Below, piece by piece: positions 9,979 through 18,024 of a stretch of DNA of 59,552 nucleotides. The stretch is from Candidatus Altiarchaeota archaeon (GTDB taxonomy: Archaea; SpSt-1190). The notes under the pieces were generated by a model. That model searched no databases. It was not told where the DNA came from and saw nothing but the letters and a program-made list of their open reading frames with translations. Position numbers and translations under genes: made by a program. The DNA is taken from the NCBI GenBank assembly GCA_030590165.1, contig JAUUZA010000001.1:1-59552 (forward strand). The letters run 5' to 3'. How positions within the stretch are numbered: the stretch's first letter is position 1; the number at the start of each line of letters is the position of its first letter.

Positions 9979-9998
9979 CACCTTTTTATATATTTATA
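9979..9998 (-). promoter_or_regulatory. AT box TATAAATATATAAAA plus SD AGGTGA immediately upstream of the S-layer-like gene
   Basis: Minus strand reads AAGGCCTATAAATATATAAAAAGGTGAAAAAAT-ATG. The exact TSS is unclear and a longer 5'UTR from the 300-nt intergenic region is possible. Confidence 0.4.
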
Positions 9999-10300
9999 GG
10001 CCTTTCCTCCCTCTCGTTCGGCATTTGCCTATGTTGTTTTCGTCAGAGTCCTCTCTCTAAGAACTCCTACTGTCCAAAGAACATTAGGAGTATAAATTGA
10101 TTCACCCTCTTCTTTATAAACAAAAAGCATTTTTCATTCACTCTCAAGGTACTTGTAAGTTAAAACACTATATAAAGGCGTAATACGCAGTATTATTACA
10201 CTATCTATACACTAAGTTCTTTTGTTAATAATAAAGGGTTTAAACAATCAACCACAAGTAATATATAGATGCTACAAATAATCTCTTTGTGAAGAATATA

Positions 10301-10510
10301 ATGATAAAAAAAGAAGTGTATGAAGAGCTTAAATCCATTAAGGGTGAAAGTAGTTTTTCAGATATGATTGATTCACTTTTCAAAAGTAATGTTGAGTTGC
10401 GTAGAAAAAGTCTTCGTTCATACTTTGGTTCAAAAACAGATAAAGAAATTCGTGAAATAGAAAAAATAATCTCGGAGGTGTTTAGAGTTGCAAAAGGCCG
10501 CTTATTTTGA
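10301..10510 (+). CDS. vapB: VapB-type antitoxin (archaeal PF02697-like)
   Basis: MIKKEVYEELKSIKGESSFSDMIDSLFK matches the archaeal small antitoxin pattern (M.tIsIsdevyekLkklKg..SfSdvI). Overlaps the downstream PIN gene by 23 nt. Confidence 0.6.
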   Translation: MIKKEVYEELKSIKGESSFSDMIDSLFKSNVELRRKSLRSYFGSKTDKEIREIEKIISEVFRVAKGRLF

Positions 10511-10889
10511 TATCCACGCAATAACAAATTTATTACGTGGTAAGAAGGGCATTCTAAATATTATTGAAACTTACCGTGAATTTTATACTGGTTCACTAAT
10601 TGTGACACAATTAATAGGGGCGGAAGACTATCTTGTTGAGAAAAAAATCACAAAAGACAAAAACTTACGCGGTCTCATTGATTCATTTATAATTCTTGAC
10701 TTCACTCGTGAAGACGCAGAAAAAGCAGGTGAAATAATGGGGAAAGTAAAATCAGAAGGAAAGGATATAAGTATTAATGAAGCCATGGTCGCAGCACAAT
10801 GTTTTAGATATGGACTAACTTTAATAACAGGAAACAAAACATTCAATAATCTAAAAAATGCAGTCAAATTAGAAATTAAAATGGTTTAG
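10488..10889 (+). CDS. vapC: PIN-domain ribonuclease, VapC-like toxin
   Basis: 133 aa with an N-terminal acidic FDIHAI and C-terminal ITGNKTF blocks consistent with a PIN fold. TTG start overlapping vapB. Ends with TAG. Confidence 0.5.
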   Translation: MQKAAYFDIHAITNLLRGKKGILNIIETYREFYTGSLIVTQLIGAEDYLVEKKITKDKNLRGLIDSFIILDFTREDAEKAGEIMGKVKSEGKDISINEAMVAAQCFRYGLTLITGNKTFNNLKNAVKLEIKMV

Positions 10890-11389
10890 TCTCTTCCAAT
10901 AACTGTATAAATTAAATCAGTAGGAAGAACTCGTATCCAACCAACAAGTGGCATAAGAAAAACTGCCTTTCCCTTTACCCATTCTTCTTTCACTAACCAA
11001 GGGTCTTGTGCTGGATTTCTGTCTCCTTTGGTCACATAACCGTTTTCAGTAACCTCAATAACCCTATGAATAATTGCATACCTAAGATTCGGGTTAACAT
11101 AAACAATTACATCCCCAACTTCTATTTCTTTTGCTGAACCAATAATTAGTGCATCACCCTTATTAAATCCAACTTCAAAAGGAAACTCCCCTAAACTCTC
11201 ACGAGAAAATCCCTCGTCTTGCATCCAAACATAATAATTTTGAACTGAATATGCATCATGAACCATGCTCTCACTCATAACCGCAACAAAGGGAAAACTA
11301 GTTCCTAAAACGAAACCAAAAACAATACGCAAAAACATTGCCACAGTAAAAGCCCAAGCAATATCATAAAGAGTCTTACTTATTTTCAT
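10886..11389 (-). CDS. signal peptidase I, archaeal Sec11-type
   Basis: N-terminal TM helix followed by the AVMSESMVH block (catalytic Ser/His motif region of S26B peptidases). Confidence 0.65.
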   Translation of the reverse strand: MKISKTLYDIAWAFTVAMFLRIVFGFVLGTSFPFVAVMSESMVHDAYSVQNYYVWMQDEGFSRESLGEFPFEVGFNKGDALIIGSAKEIEVGDVIVYVNPNLRYAIIHRVIEVTENGYVTKGDRNPAQDPWLVKEEWVKGKAVFLMPLVGWIRVLPTDLIYTVIGRD

Positions 11390-12312
11390 TTAGATTGCAC
11401 CAATTTATTTTTTTTAACAATCCACTTATCTAAATCTCGTGATATATATGTTTGAGGGAAAATTTTTATTGCCGCATCTTTCAAAACAGAAAGGTCCATA
11501 TATCTTGGAGAAATATGAATCAAAAATAAAGTATTCACTTTTGCTTTCTTTGCTAATTTAGCGGCATCTTCAACCGAACTATGTCCGCGGTCAAACTGTG
11601 AACCGTCTTTTTCTAAATAAGTTGATTCATGAACAAGAACTGTAACTCCTTTAACATACTCTGCAACTGATTCACTATACTTTGTATCGCCAGTGTAAGC
11701 AAAGGAATCTCCTTTAACTGGAATTAACCATTCACTCGGTTCAAGTTTTTTTCCATCTATTTCAATTGTCTTTCCTTCTTTCAAAAGTCTAAATTTTGGA
11801 CTTGATTTTATGCCTTCTTTTTTCATTCTATCTGAATCAATATTGAAACTATCTTCTTCCCTAAAGAGATATCCAATAGAAGGTGGTCCATGGTCAGTCC
11901 TAAATGCTTTCACTGTATAATTTTTTCCTTTAACAACATCATCATGATTTAATTCATTCACTTCAATTTCAAAAGGGACATGTCCATATCCCAAGGTCAT
12001 AATCTGATTGACGAATTCTTTTGCCCTTGGGGGCCCATATATCCTTAGTTTCTTTGTTCTACCACCCTTTGCCATTGTAAAAATCATACCAGGAAGACCA
12101 TAAAAATGGTCACCGTGAAAATGAGTAATAAAAATTTTATCAACCTTCATTGGTGAAAATCCACTTTGACCTACTCTAATTTGAATTCCTTCACCTACAT
12201 CAAACATTAAAACTTCACCATTATACCTCAACATAATTGAAGAAGTGAATCGTTTTGGCGTTGGTTTCATTGCACCTGTTCCTAAGAAAACAAAATCAAA
12301 CACCGCAGTCAC
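11386..12312 (-). CDS. rnz: ribonuclease Z (tRNA 3' endonuclease, metallo-beta-lactamase fold)
   Basis: FITHFHGDHFYGLPG (HxHxDH motif) and a C-terminal His motif. 308 aa. Confidence 0.8.
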   Translation of the reverse strand: MTAVFDFVFLGTGAMKPTPKRFTSSIMLRYNGEVLMFDVGEGIQIRVGQSGFSPMKVDKIFITHFHGDHFYGLPGMIFTMAKGGRTKKLRIYGPPRAKEFVNQIMTLGYGHVPFEIEVNELNHDDVVKGKNYTVKAFRTDHGPPSIGYLFREEDSFNIDSDRMKKEGIKSSPKFRLLKEGKTIEIDGKKLEPSEWLIPVKGDSFAYTGDTKYSESVAEYVKGVTVLVHESTYLEKDGSQFDRGHSSVEDAAKLAKKAKVNTLFLIHISPRYMDLSVLKDAAIKIFPQTYISRDLDKWIVKKNKLVQSK

Positions 12313-14035
12313 CTTTTTGAGTGAACTCTAATTCACTTAATGTTTTTTTATCTGCATTATTTGGAGCATCTTCCATCAAAGCCCTCCCAGATTTACTCTT
12401 TGGAAAAGCAATCACATCTCTGATGCTATCTACATCTAACATAATTTGAAGCAACCTATCAAGCCCAAATGCAATCCCCCCATGTGGCGGAACACCATAT
12501 TCAAATGCATTAAGAAGCATACCAAATTTTTCATGTGCTTCATCTTTATTAATTCCAAGAATTTCAAACACTTTTTCTTGAAGTGTTTTTTCAGTTATTC
12601 TTATACTCCCACCCCCAATTTCAGAACCATTAAGAACAAGGTCATAAGCACGAGCCGGAATTTTTAATAATTCACCCTCACTTAAATCGGTGAATAACTT
12701 TTGGACGGTCTCTTTCGAAGGGGATGTAAATGGATGATGAACTGCAGTTATTTTTTTATCTTGTTCACTAATTTCAAACATTGGAAAATCAGTAATCCAA
12801 ACAAATTCCCTTCCTTTTCGTAAATCTAATTTTTCACCAAGTTTTAAACGGACTTCTCCCAATGCAATACAAACTTTATTCCATTCACCACAAAGCATTA
12901 AGTAAGTTCCTTTATTCTTAACAAATTTCTTTTTGAGTGAATCTGAAACTGCGGATAAAATAGAACCTGATAATTCCTCACTTGACTTAATCCAAGCCAA
13001 TCCAGGAAAACTTCTGCGTTTAACCACGGATTCCAATTCTCTTATCTCTGAACGCTTTAGAAGTTCTGGAATAAAAATTGTTTTTACAACTCCACCTTTT
13101 TTAATTTCATTTTCAAAAATCCGAAGTCCTGAATTTTCAAATGAATTAGTAAAATCAAGTAGAGGAATATTAAATCGAATATCTGGTTTATCAGAACCAT
13201 ATTTATTCATAGCTTCTTCCCAAGTCATTCTCTTAAAAGGTTTCTTTAATTTAATTCCAAGTAATTGTGAATAAAGAATTGAAATTAATCCTTCTGAAAT
13301 TTTAATGACATCAGACTCATCAACAAAACTCATCTCCATATCAATTTGAGTAAATTCATACTGTCTATCCTTTCTCAAATCCTCATCTCGATAACATCTT
13401 GTTATCTGAAAATATCTGTCAATCCCAGCAACCATCAATAATTGTTTGTATTGTTGAGGACTCTGAAGCAAAGCCCAAAATTTTCCCGGAAAAGTTCTAC
13501 TAGGAACAAGAAAATCTCTTGAACCTTCAGGTGTTGGTCGACCAATATATGGAGTTTCAACTTCTATAAAATTTTTCAAAGAAAGATAATTTCTAATTAT
13601 CATTTCAGCCTTAAATCTAAACTCCAACATGCGAAGCATCTTTGGTCTTCTTAAATCAAGATATCTATACTTCAATCTTGTTTCTTCCAAACTTTCAATT
13701 TCAGGACTAAACATTTCAAATGGTAAAGGTGATGCCTTTGATGAAATTACTAAAGTATCTACCATCACTTCAATTTCACCAGTTTCAATTTTATTATTCA
13801 CTTCCTTTCGATTTGTTACCTTTCCAGATGCAACAATAACAGATTCTTTTGGTAAATTTGTATAAATATCTTTGAATTTTTCATCCAAGACTAATTGAGT
13901 AATTCCATACCTATCCCTAATATCAATAAATGCTTTCCTCCCAAAAACTCGAATATGTCCAACCCAGCCAGTTAAAACCACTTTTTTACTAACATTCGTT
14001 TTTCTTAACTCGCCACAAGTATGAGTTCTAAGCAC
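12296..14035 (-). CDS. aspS: aspartyl-tRNA synthetase, bacterial-type (long form with insertion domain)
   Basis: 579 aa. N-terminal OB domain, QSPQQYKQLLMVAGIDRYFQITRCYRDEDLRKDRQYEFTQIDMEMSF (class II motif 2, bacterial signature), GLDRL motif 3. GTG start. Confidence 0.85.
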   Translation of the reverse strand: MLRTHTCGELRKTNVSKKVVLTGWVGHIRVFGRKAFIDIRDRYGITQLVLDEKFKDIYTNLPKESVIVASGKVTNRKEVNNKIETGEIEVMVDTLVISSKASPLPFEMFSPEIESLEETRLKYRYLDLRRPKMLRMLEFRFKAEMIIRNYLSLKNFIEVETPYIGRPTPEGSRDFLVPSRTFPGKFWALLQSPQQYKQLLMVAGIDRYFQITRCYRDEDLRKDRQYEFTQIDMEMSFVDESDVIKISEGLISILYSQLLGIKLKKPFKRMTWEEAMNKYGSDKPDIRFNIPLLDFTNSFENSGLRIFENEIKKGGVVKTIFIPELLKRSEIRELESVVKRRSFPGLAWIKSSEELSGSILSAVSDSLKKKFVKNKGTYLMLCGEWNKVCIALGEVRLKLGEKLDLRKGREFVWITDFPMFEISEQDKKITAVHHPFTSPSKETVQKLFTDLSEGELLKIPARAYDLVLNGSEIGGGSIRITEKTLQEKVFEILGINKDEAHEKFGMLLNAFEYGVPPHGGIAFGLDRLLQIMLDVDSIRDVIAFPKSKSGRALMEDAPNNADKKTLSELEFTQKGDCGV

Positions 14036-14054
14036 AAAAATTATGAAAAAGGGG

Positions 14055-14064
14055 CATTAATAAG
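14055..14064. promoter_or_regulatory. palindromic TATA box CATTAATAAG shared by divergent aspS and trpS
   Basis: Lies about 28 nt upstream of the aspS GTG on the minus strand and about 33 nt upstream of the trpS ATG on the plus strand. Confidence 0.4.
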
Positions 14065-14092
14065 CATCTCGGAAAGGGGAAAGATAAATAAA

Positions 14093-15157
14093 ATGACTGT
14101 AAAACCAATAGTAATGGACGCATACAATGTGGATGAAGTTGTTGATTATAATAAATTAATTAAGGAATTTGGAGCTAGTTTTATTAGTAAGAAACTTGCT
14201 TCAAAGATTGGGCACCCACTTGTACCTGACTTATTCTTTGCGCATCGTGATTTCGATAAAATTATTGAAGACAAGTTCGCAATAGTTAGTGGACGAGGTC
14301 CAAGTAAAAATTTACATTTAGGTCATTTTCTTGTCTTTAATTTTGTTAAATTTCTCCAAGACAAATTTGGAGCACATGTTTTTATTCCATTTAGCGACGA
14401 CGAAAAATTATTGGCTCGAGGACTCAGTAAAGAACATTTAATTAAGATGGATTATGAAAATCTTCTTGATATAATCGCAATTGGATTTGACCCAAAAAAG
14501 ACTGAAATAATGATGGACTTAGTAAATATGAAACAAGAAGTTTACAATCTTGCAATCAAAATTTCATCTCATTTAACAGCAAACACAGTTCGTTCTGCCC
14601 TTGGGTTTTCTCCTGAATCTTCAATTGGTTTTCAATTTTATCCGGCAATGCAAGCGGCTCATATTCTTTATCCAACATATAAATTAGGAATACCAACCGT
14701 TGTTCCAATTGGGGTAGACCAAGATGTATTTGTTAAATTAACAAGGGATGTTGCACCTAAAATTGGACTTCAAAAACCTGGGGATATACTGAGTAAATTC
14801 TTACCCGGTCTCACTGGAACTAAGATGAGTTCATCAAAGGCAGAAACCGCAATTTACATGACAGACACACCAAATCAAGTAAAGAAAAAAATTGGAAGCG
14901 CTCTCACAGGAGGACGAGACACATTAAAGGAACATCGTGAATTAGGTGGACAAACAGAAAAGTGTGTAGTGTGCAAATACCAAAATATCTTCTTTAATAA
15001 TTCACATTTGGTAGAAAAATGTGGACGCGGTGAACTCATGTGCGGTGAAAATAAAAAACTATTAATTGAAGAATTAAATCAGATGCTAAAAACCCACCAA
15101 GAAAAAAGAGAAAAAGCAAAAAAACTCATTCACAAATTCGTCCCTGAATTGAAGTGA
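14093..15157 (+). CDS. trpS: tryptophanyl-tRNA synthetase (class I)
   Basis: HLGHFLVF (HIGH motif) and KMSSSK (KMSKS motif), archaeal/eukaryotic-type TrpRS length. The start is moved to the internal ATG (MTVKPIV...) to avoid the 5' overlap with aspS. Confidence 0.7.
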   Translation: MTVKPIVMDAYNVDEVVDYNKLIKEFGASFISKKLASKIGHPLVPDLFFAHRDFDKIIEDKFAIVSGRGPSKNLHLGHFLVFNFVKFLQDKFGAHVFIPFSDDEKLLARGLSKEHLIKMDYENLLDIIAIGFDPKKTEIMMDLVNMKQEVYNLAIKISSHLTANTVRSALGFSPESSIGFQFYPAMQAAHILYPTYKLGIPTVVPIGVDQDVFVKLTRDVAPKIGLQKPGDILSKFLPGLTGTKMSSSKAETAIYMTDTPNQVKKKIGSALTGGRDTLKEHRELGGQTEKCVVCKYQNIFFNNSHLVEKCGRGELMCGENKKLLIEELNQMLKTHQEKREKAKKLIHKFVPELK

Positions 15158-15158
15158 A

Positions 15159-15713
15159 TTAAAAACTTGGTTTCTGGAAAGTTTCGGCTTCAACTTCAGC
15201 CGCCTCAATAGTATTTTCAAGCCACCCAATTGTACTCTCAATTTCTTCAATTGTTCTTAGACCGGGAATTATTGCCTTACCTGTTCTAAACACTAAAATT
15301 CTTGTTGAACCCTTCCTTAATTTCATTCCAGGGAATGCTTCAGGGTCATATTCAGAATCGGGAATAGCATAAGCCAATTCATGAAGGTGAAGACTCTTAT
15401 GGAGGTCAACACTTACCACAATATTTCTAACTTCTAAATTAGCATCCATAATTTTATACCCATTTTCTCTAAGAAGTGAAACTAAACTTTCAACATGTTC
15501 ATGAGCAAGCGCAATACTTCGTGAACCACTACATACAAAGTTACCTGAACTGTATATCAAAAACCCGACGCTAAATCTCTTGAGCCTAAAGGCCGGAAAT
15601 TTTCCCGGTTCATAAACCCCACCTGAGATTTTATTATACATATCAACAAGATCTAATTTGTCCGATAATCGTCCCGTAACTACGACATTTTGCACTTTAT
15701 ACTCAGGCTCCAC
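15159..15713 (-). CDS. tbp: TATA-box binding protein
   Basis: Two direct repeats beginning VQNVVVTGRL... / VRNIVVSVDL..., 184 aa with an acidic tail. Confidence 0.9.
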   Translation of the reverse strand: MEPEYKVQNVVVTGRLSDKLDLVDMYNKISGGVYEPGKFPAFRLKRFSVGFLIYSSGNFVCSGSRSIALAHEHVESLVSLLRENGYKIMDANLEVRNIVVSVDLHKSLHLHELAYAIPDSEYDPEAFPGMKLRKGSTRILVFRTGKAIIPGLRTIEEIESTIGWLENTIEAAEVEAETFQKPSF

Positions 15714-15727
15714 AGGAAATAAAGGTT

Positions 15728-16210
15728 CTACGCTTTAAAAGGATTTTTATCATTCACTGCAGATATTTTCACTCTTGGTGAATCAATTGCACTAGTCCCT
15801 TTAGGGTCGTGAATAATAAGCGTGAATTTCTTTTTTAAGAGCAAATCATTCACTTTAATTGTTCTTTTTCCAAAGACATCTTTTGCTCTTAAGAGTATTC
15901 CTTCCACAGTAGTTATAATTCCCTGTGATGCTGGACCAGGCTTAATTTCCAGTGGAAGTTCTGGAATAATAACGGTAGATGTTGAACTTCTGGCCACTAG
16001 GACATTCAAATCTTTATCACCATTCACTTTGAAAGTAAGTGTCCTTGGGCCATGCTGTTTTTCTGGAAATATATCAACCCCTTTAAATCCACATTCACAA
16101 GAAAACGCAAAAATAGATACTCCTTCCCCAACAAAATCAACATTGTCAATAATAGAATAAACAAGCGACTTTCTACAAACCGGGCAGATAAATTTACCGC
16201 ACAATTTCAA
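15728..16210 (-). CDS. ZPR1-type zinc-finger protein
   Basis: CPVCRKS...(20)...CECGFKG arrangement followed by a beta-rich domain, typical of archaeal ZPR1-related proteins. Confidence 0.55.
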   Translation of the reverse strand: MKLCGKFICPVCRKSLVYSIIDNVDFVGEGVSIFAFSCECGFKGVDIFPEKQHGPRTLTFKVNGDKDLNVLVARSSTSTVIIPELPLEIKPGPASQGIITTVEGILLRAKDVFGKRTIKVNDLLLKKKFTLIIHDPKGTSAIDSPRVKISAVNDKNPFKA

Positions 16211-16523
16211 CCACAGGTGGAACTAGAACTATCCAACTATCATCGAGTGCTGCTAAATCTGAACCTGTTACTTCACAATGAGTCTTCAATCTATCAACAG
16301 CTTTTTTTAGTTCATTCATATCTTTATCTCTTAAATGTGAAACACGAATCAAAAGAACAGTATCTGCCTTTCTAAATCTTGAAAGAATTTTTTCGATATC
16401 TGCATAGCGCTCCATCATCATCAAACTAAGTTTGAGCCTTGATCGAACCTCTCCTTTTATTTGAGCTTCAACAATAGTAGCGGTTTCCGGTTTTTTATTA
16501 GACCTTAATAGATTTCCTAACAT
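16194..16523 (-). CDS. sepF: SepF-like cell division protein (DUF552)
   Basis: C-terminal block ...DTVLLIRVSHLRDKDMNELKKAVDRLK...DDSWIVLVP resembles archaeal SepF. Start set at the internal ATG with a GGTG SD; the track ORF extends to 16619, where it would overlap the next gene. Confidence 0.5.
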   Translation of the reverse strand: MLGNLLRSNKKPETATIVEAQIKGEVRSRLKLSLMMMERYADIEKILSRFRKADTVLLIRVSHLRDKDMNELKKAVDRLKTHCEVTGSDLAALDDSWIVLVPPVVEIVR

Positions 16524-16567
16524 TTTAACACCTTTAACAATTGATTGTGGGGGTATATTAATCTTAC

Positions 16568-16828
16568 TTAACACTTGTAATTCGTGCAACAGGTTTCTAA
16601 AAGACTGGCAATCTCCCAAATTTGAGTACGTGTATTGAAAGGTAAATTAGAGTCCTGACTAAGTTCATCAAGCATACCAATTGCAGCCCCCATTCGAATA
16701 TGTACCCTTTCTTCTTTATTGGTCAAACGAGTATGTGCCTTCTTACATATATCTCTAATATTCTTCGGAACATATGAGTCATCAATAACCTCACTAAGCA
16801 ATTCAATCGCTTTTTCTAATGACTCCAT
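16568..16828 (-). CDS. conserved archaeal small protein, UPF0147-like
   Basis: 86 aa helical protein MESLEKAIELLSEVIDD...HIRMGAAIGMLDELS, a pattern of a widespread archaeal uncharacterised family. Confidence 0.45.
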   Translation of the reverse strand: MESLEKAIELLSEVIDDSYVPKNIRDICKKAHTRLTNKEERVHIRMGAAIGMLDELSQDSNLPFNTRTQIWEIASLLETCCTNYKC

Positions 16829-16832
16829 ATTA

Positions 16833-17159
16833 TCACCTTAACTTAGAACTCAATTCTTTAATTTTATTACTAAGCCTTTTTTCTTGACTTTTTATAGTTT
16901 TAATTCTGAGTTCGACCTTATCTCTTGCTTCTTTAAGATCAATTAAAACATCTTCTTTTTTCTTTTTTACTAATGCTGGGCCAATAGCCTTATACACTTC
17001 AGTGGCGCTTTCCTTTTTCAACTCTTCATACGACAAATCTATTTCCTTCAATTGAAGCTCCATCTGTTGTCTTTGAGAAATTAATATCTGAATTTGTTGT
17101 TGATATCCGTTCACTTGCGTGAGTGCATGCTTCTGTTGTGGGCTCATTTCTTTATCCAT
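16833..17159 (-). CDS. pfdB: prefoldin subunit beta
   Basis: 108 aa coiled-coil / beta-hairpin / coiled-coil layout (QQIQILISQRQQMELQLKEID...). Confidence 0.8.
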   Translation of the reverse strand: MDKEMSPQQKHALTQVNGYQQQIQILISQRQQMELQLKEIDLSYEELKKESATEVYKAIGPALVKKKKEDVLIDLKEARDKVELRIKTIKSQEKRLSNKIKELSSKLR

Positions 17160-17177
17160 TTTTTCCTCTCCTCTTCA

Positions 17178-17344
17178 CTATATGTCTTTAATAGCTTCAT
17201 AAATTCTAAGCAACGAATAAACTTCGGCTTTGAACTCTCTGAAACTTTTAGCGTTAATCTTCACTATTGCATTCGTTCCATCAAACGCAACATTTTTTCC
17301 CTCTGCCACAAGGGTTTTGAATATATTTTCAGTCGCCGGCAGTC
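17178..17344 (-). CDS. doubtful short ORF between rpoP and pfdB (no ATG; possible GTG start)
   Basis: The track ORF 17178..17417 has no internal Met and its first 24 codons overlap rpoP in another frame. Only about 55 codons lie clear of rpoP, in the slot where Brix normally sits. Confidence 0.2.
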
Positions 17345-17485
17345 TTATCGCGCCTTCATACGCTTGACCACTGGAGGTCTCATCTTTACTAATATTTTGT
17401 AACCGCAAGAGGGACACCTTATTTTTTCAAATCTTAAATCTATTGTAACCTGTTTTCCGCATTTCAAACATCGATATGTACTCAT
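17345..17485 (-). CDS. rpoP: DNA-directed RNA polymerase subunit P (Rpb12/RpoP), Zn-ribbon
   Basis: Not in the ORF track (46 aa). Minus-strand translation gives MSTYRCLKCGKQVTIDLRFEKIRCPSCGYKILVKMRPPVVKRMKAR with a CxxC...CxxC Zn ribbon. Its start overlaps the L37ae stop as ATGA. Confidence 0.8.
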   Translation of the reverse strand: MSTYRCLKCGKQVTIDLRFEKIRCPSCGYKILVKMRPPVVKRMKAR

Positions 17486-17706
17486 TTAACCACCCTATAT
17501 GCATGTGATGCAAACTTAAAATTACATTTGCCACATTGCCAAATTCCTGCGGCAACTCTCTTAACTTTCAATGCTCCACACTTAGAACATTTATACTTAC
17601 GGCCCATATAACCGCTTTCAATTTCATTTGTTCTTCTACGAGGTTTAGTACCATACCTTGGTCCAAATCTCTTAACTGTCTTCATTTTTTCTTTTGGCAT
17701 CTTCAT
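17482..17706 (-). CDS. rpl37ae: 50S ribosomal protein L37ae (eL43)
   Basis: ...YKCSKCGALKVKRVAAGIWQCGKCNFKFASHAY is the canonical L37ae Zn-ribbon. Confidence 0.9.
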   Translation of the reverse strand: MKMPKEKMKTVKRFGPRYGTKPRRRTNEIESGYMGRKYKCSKCGALKVKRVAAGIWQCGKCNFKFASHAYRVVK

Positions 17707-17921
17707 CCACCCATTATTAACGCGATTGCAATTAACCCAATCACTGCTACTCCTACTAACAGTAAAGGTTCTTGACTAAGGAGCTCGTTTAGTATATTTA
17801 AAAGCTCTCCGGTGGTGTACGCATAATAAATACCACCAATAAGCCCAGCAAAAAGAAGGAAAGATAACATCCGCTTCCAAAACGGTTTTGGTCTCAGTTC
17901 AGGAGGTAAGTCTTCATTCAC
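17703..17921 (-). CDS. small two-TM membrane protein, hypothetical
   Basis: 72 aa with two hydrophobic helices. GTG start, TATA CTTATAAT at about -28, ATGA overlap with L37ae. Confidence 0.4.
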   Translation of the reverse strand: MNEDLPPELRPKPFWKRMLSFLLFAGLIGGIYYAYTTGELLNILNELLSQEPLLLVGVAVIGLIAIALIMGG

Positions 17922-17965
17922 CTTAAAATTTTGCTGATAGAATTATAAGCTTGCTCGCTGGGTCA

Positions 17966-18024
17966 TAATGAGTGATGACAACAAATAGGCTGATGAAATA
18001 TGATGAAGCCGACCCAGTCTGACT
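17966..18024 (+). ncRNA. candidate C/D box sRNA
   Basis: Plus strand carries, in order, GUGAUGA (C, 17972-17978), an 11-nt guide, CUGA (D', 17990-17993), AUGAUGA (C', 18000-18006), a 12-nt guide, CUGA (D, 18019-18022), then CTATTTT. A TATA-like AATTATAAGC lies about 22 nt upstream. The terminal stem is weak. Confidence 0.4.
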
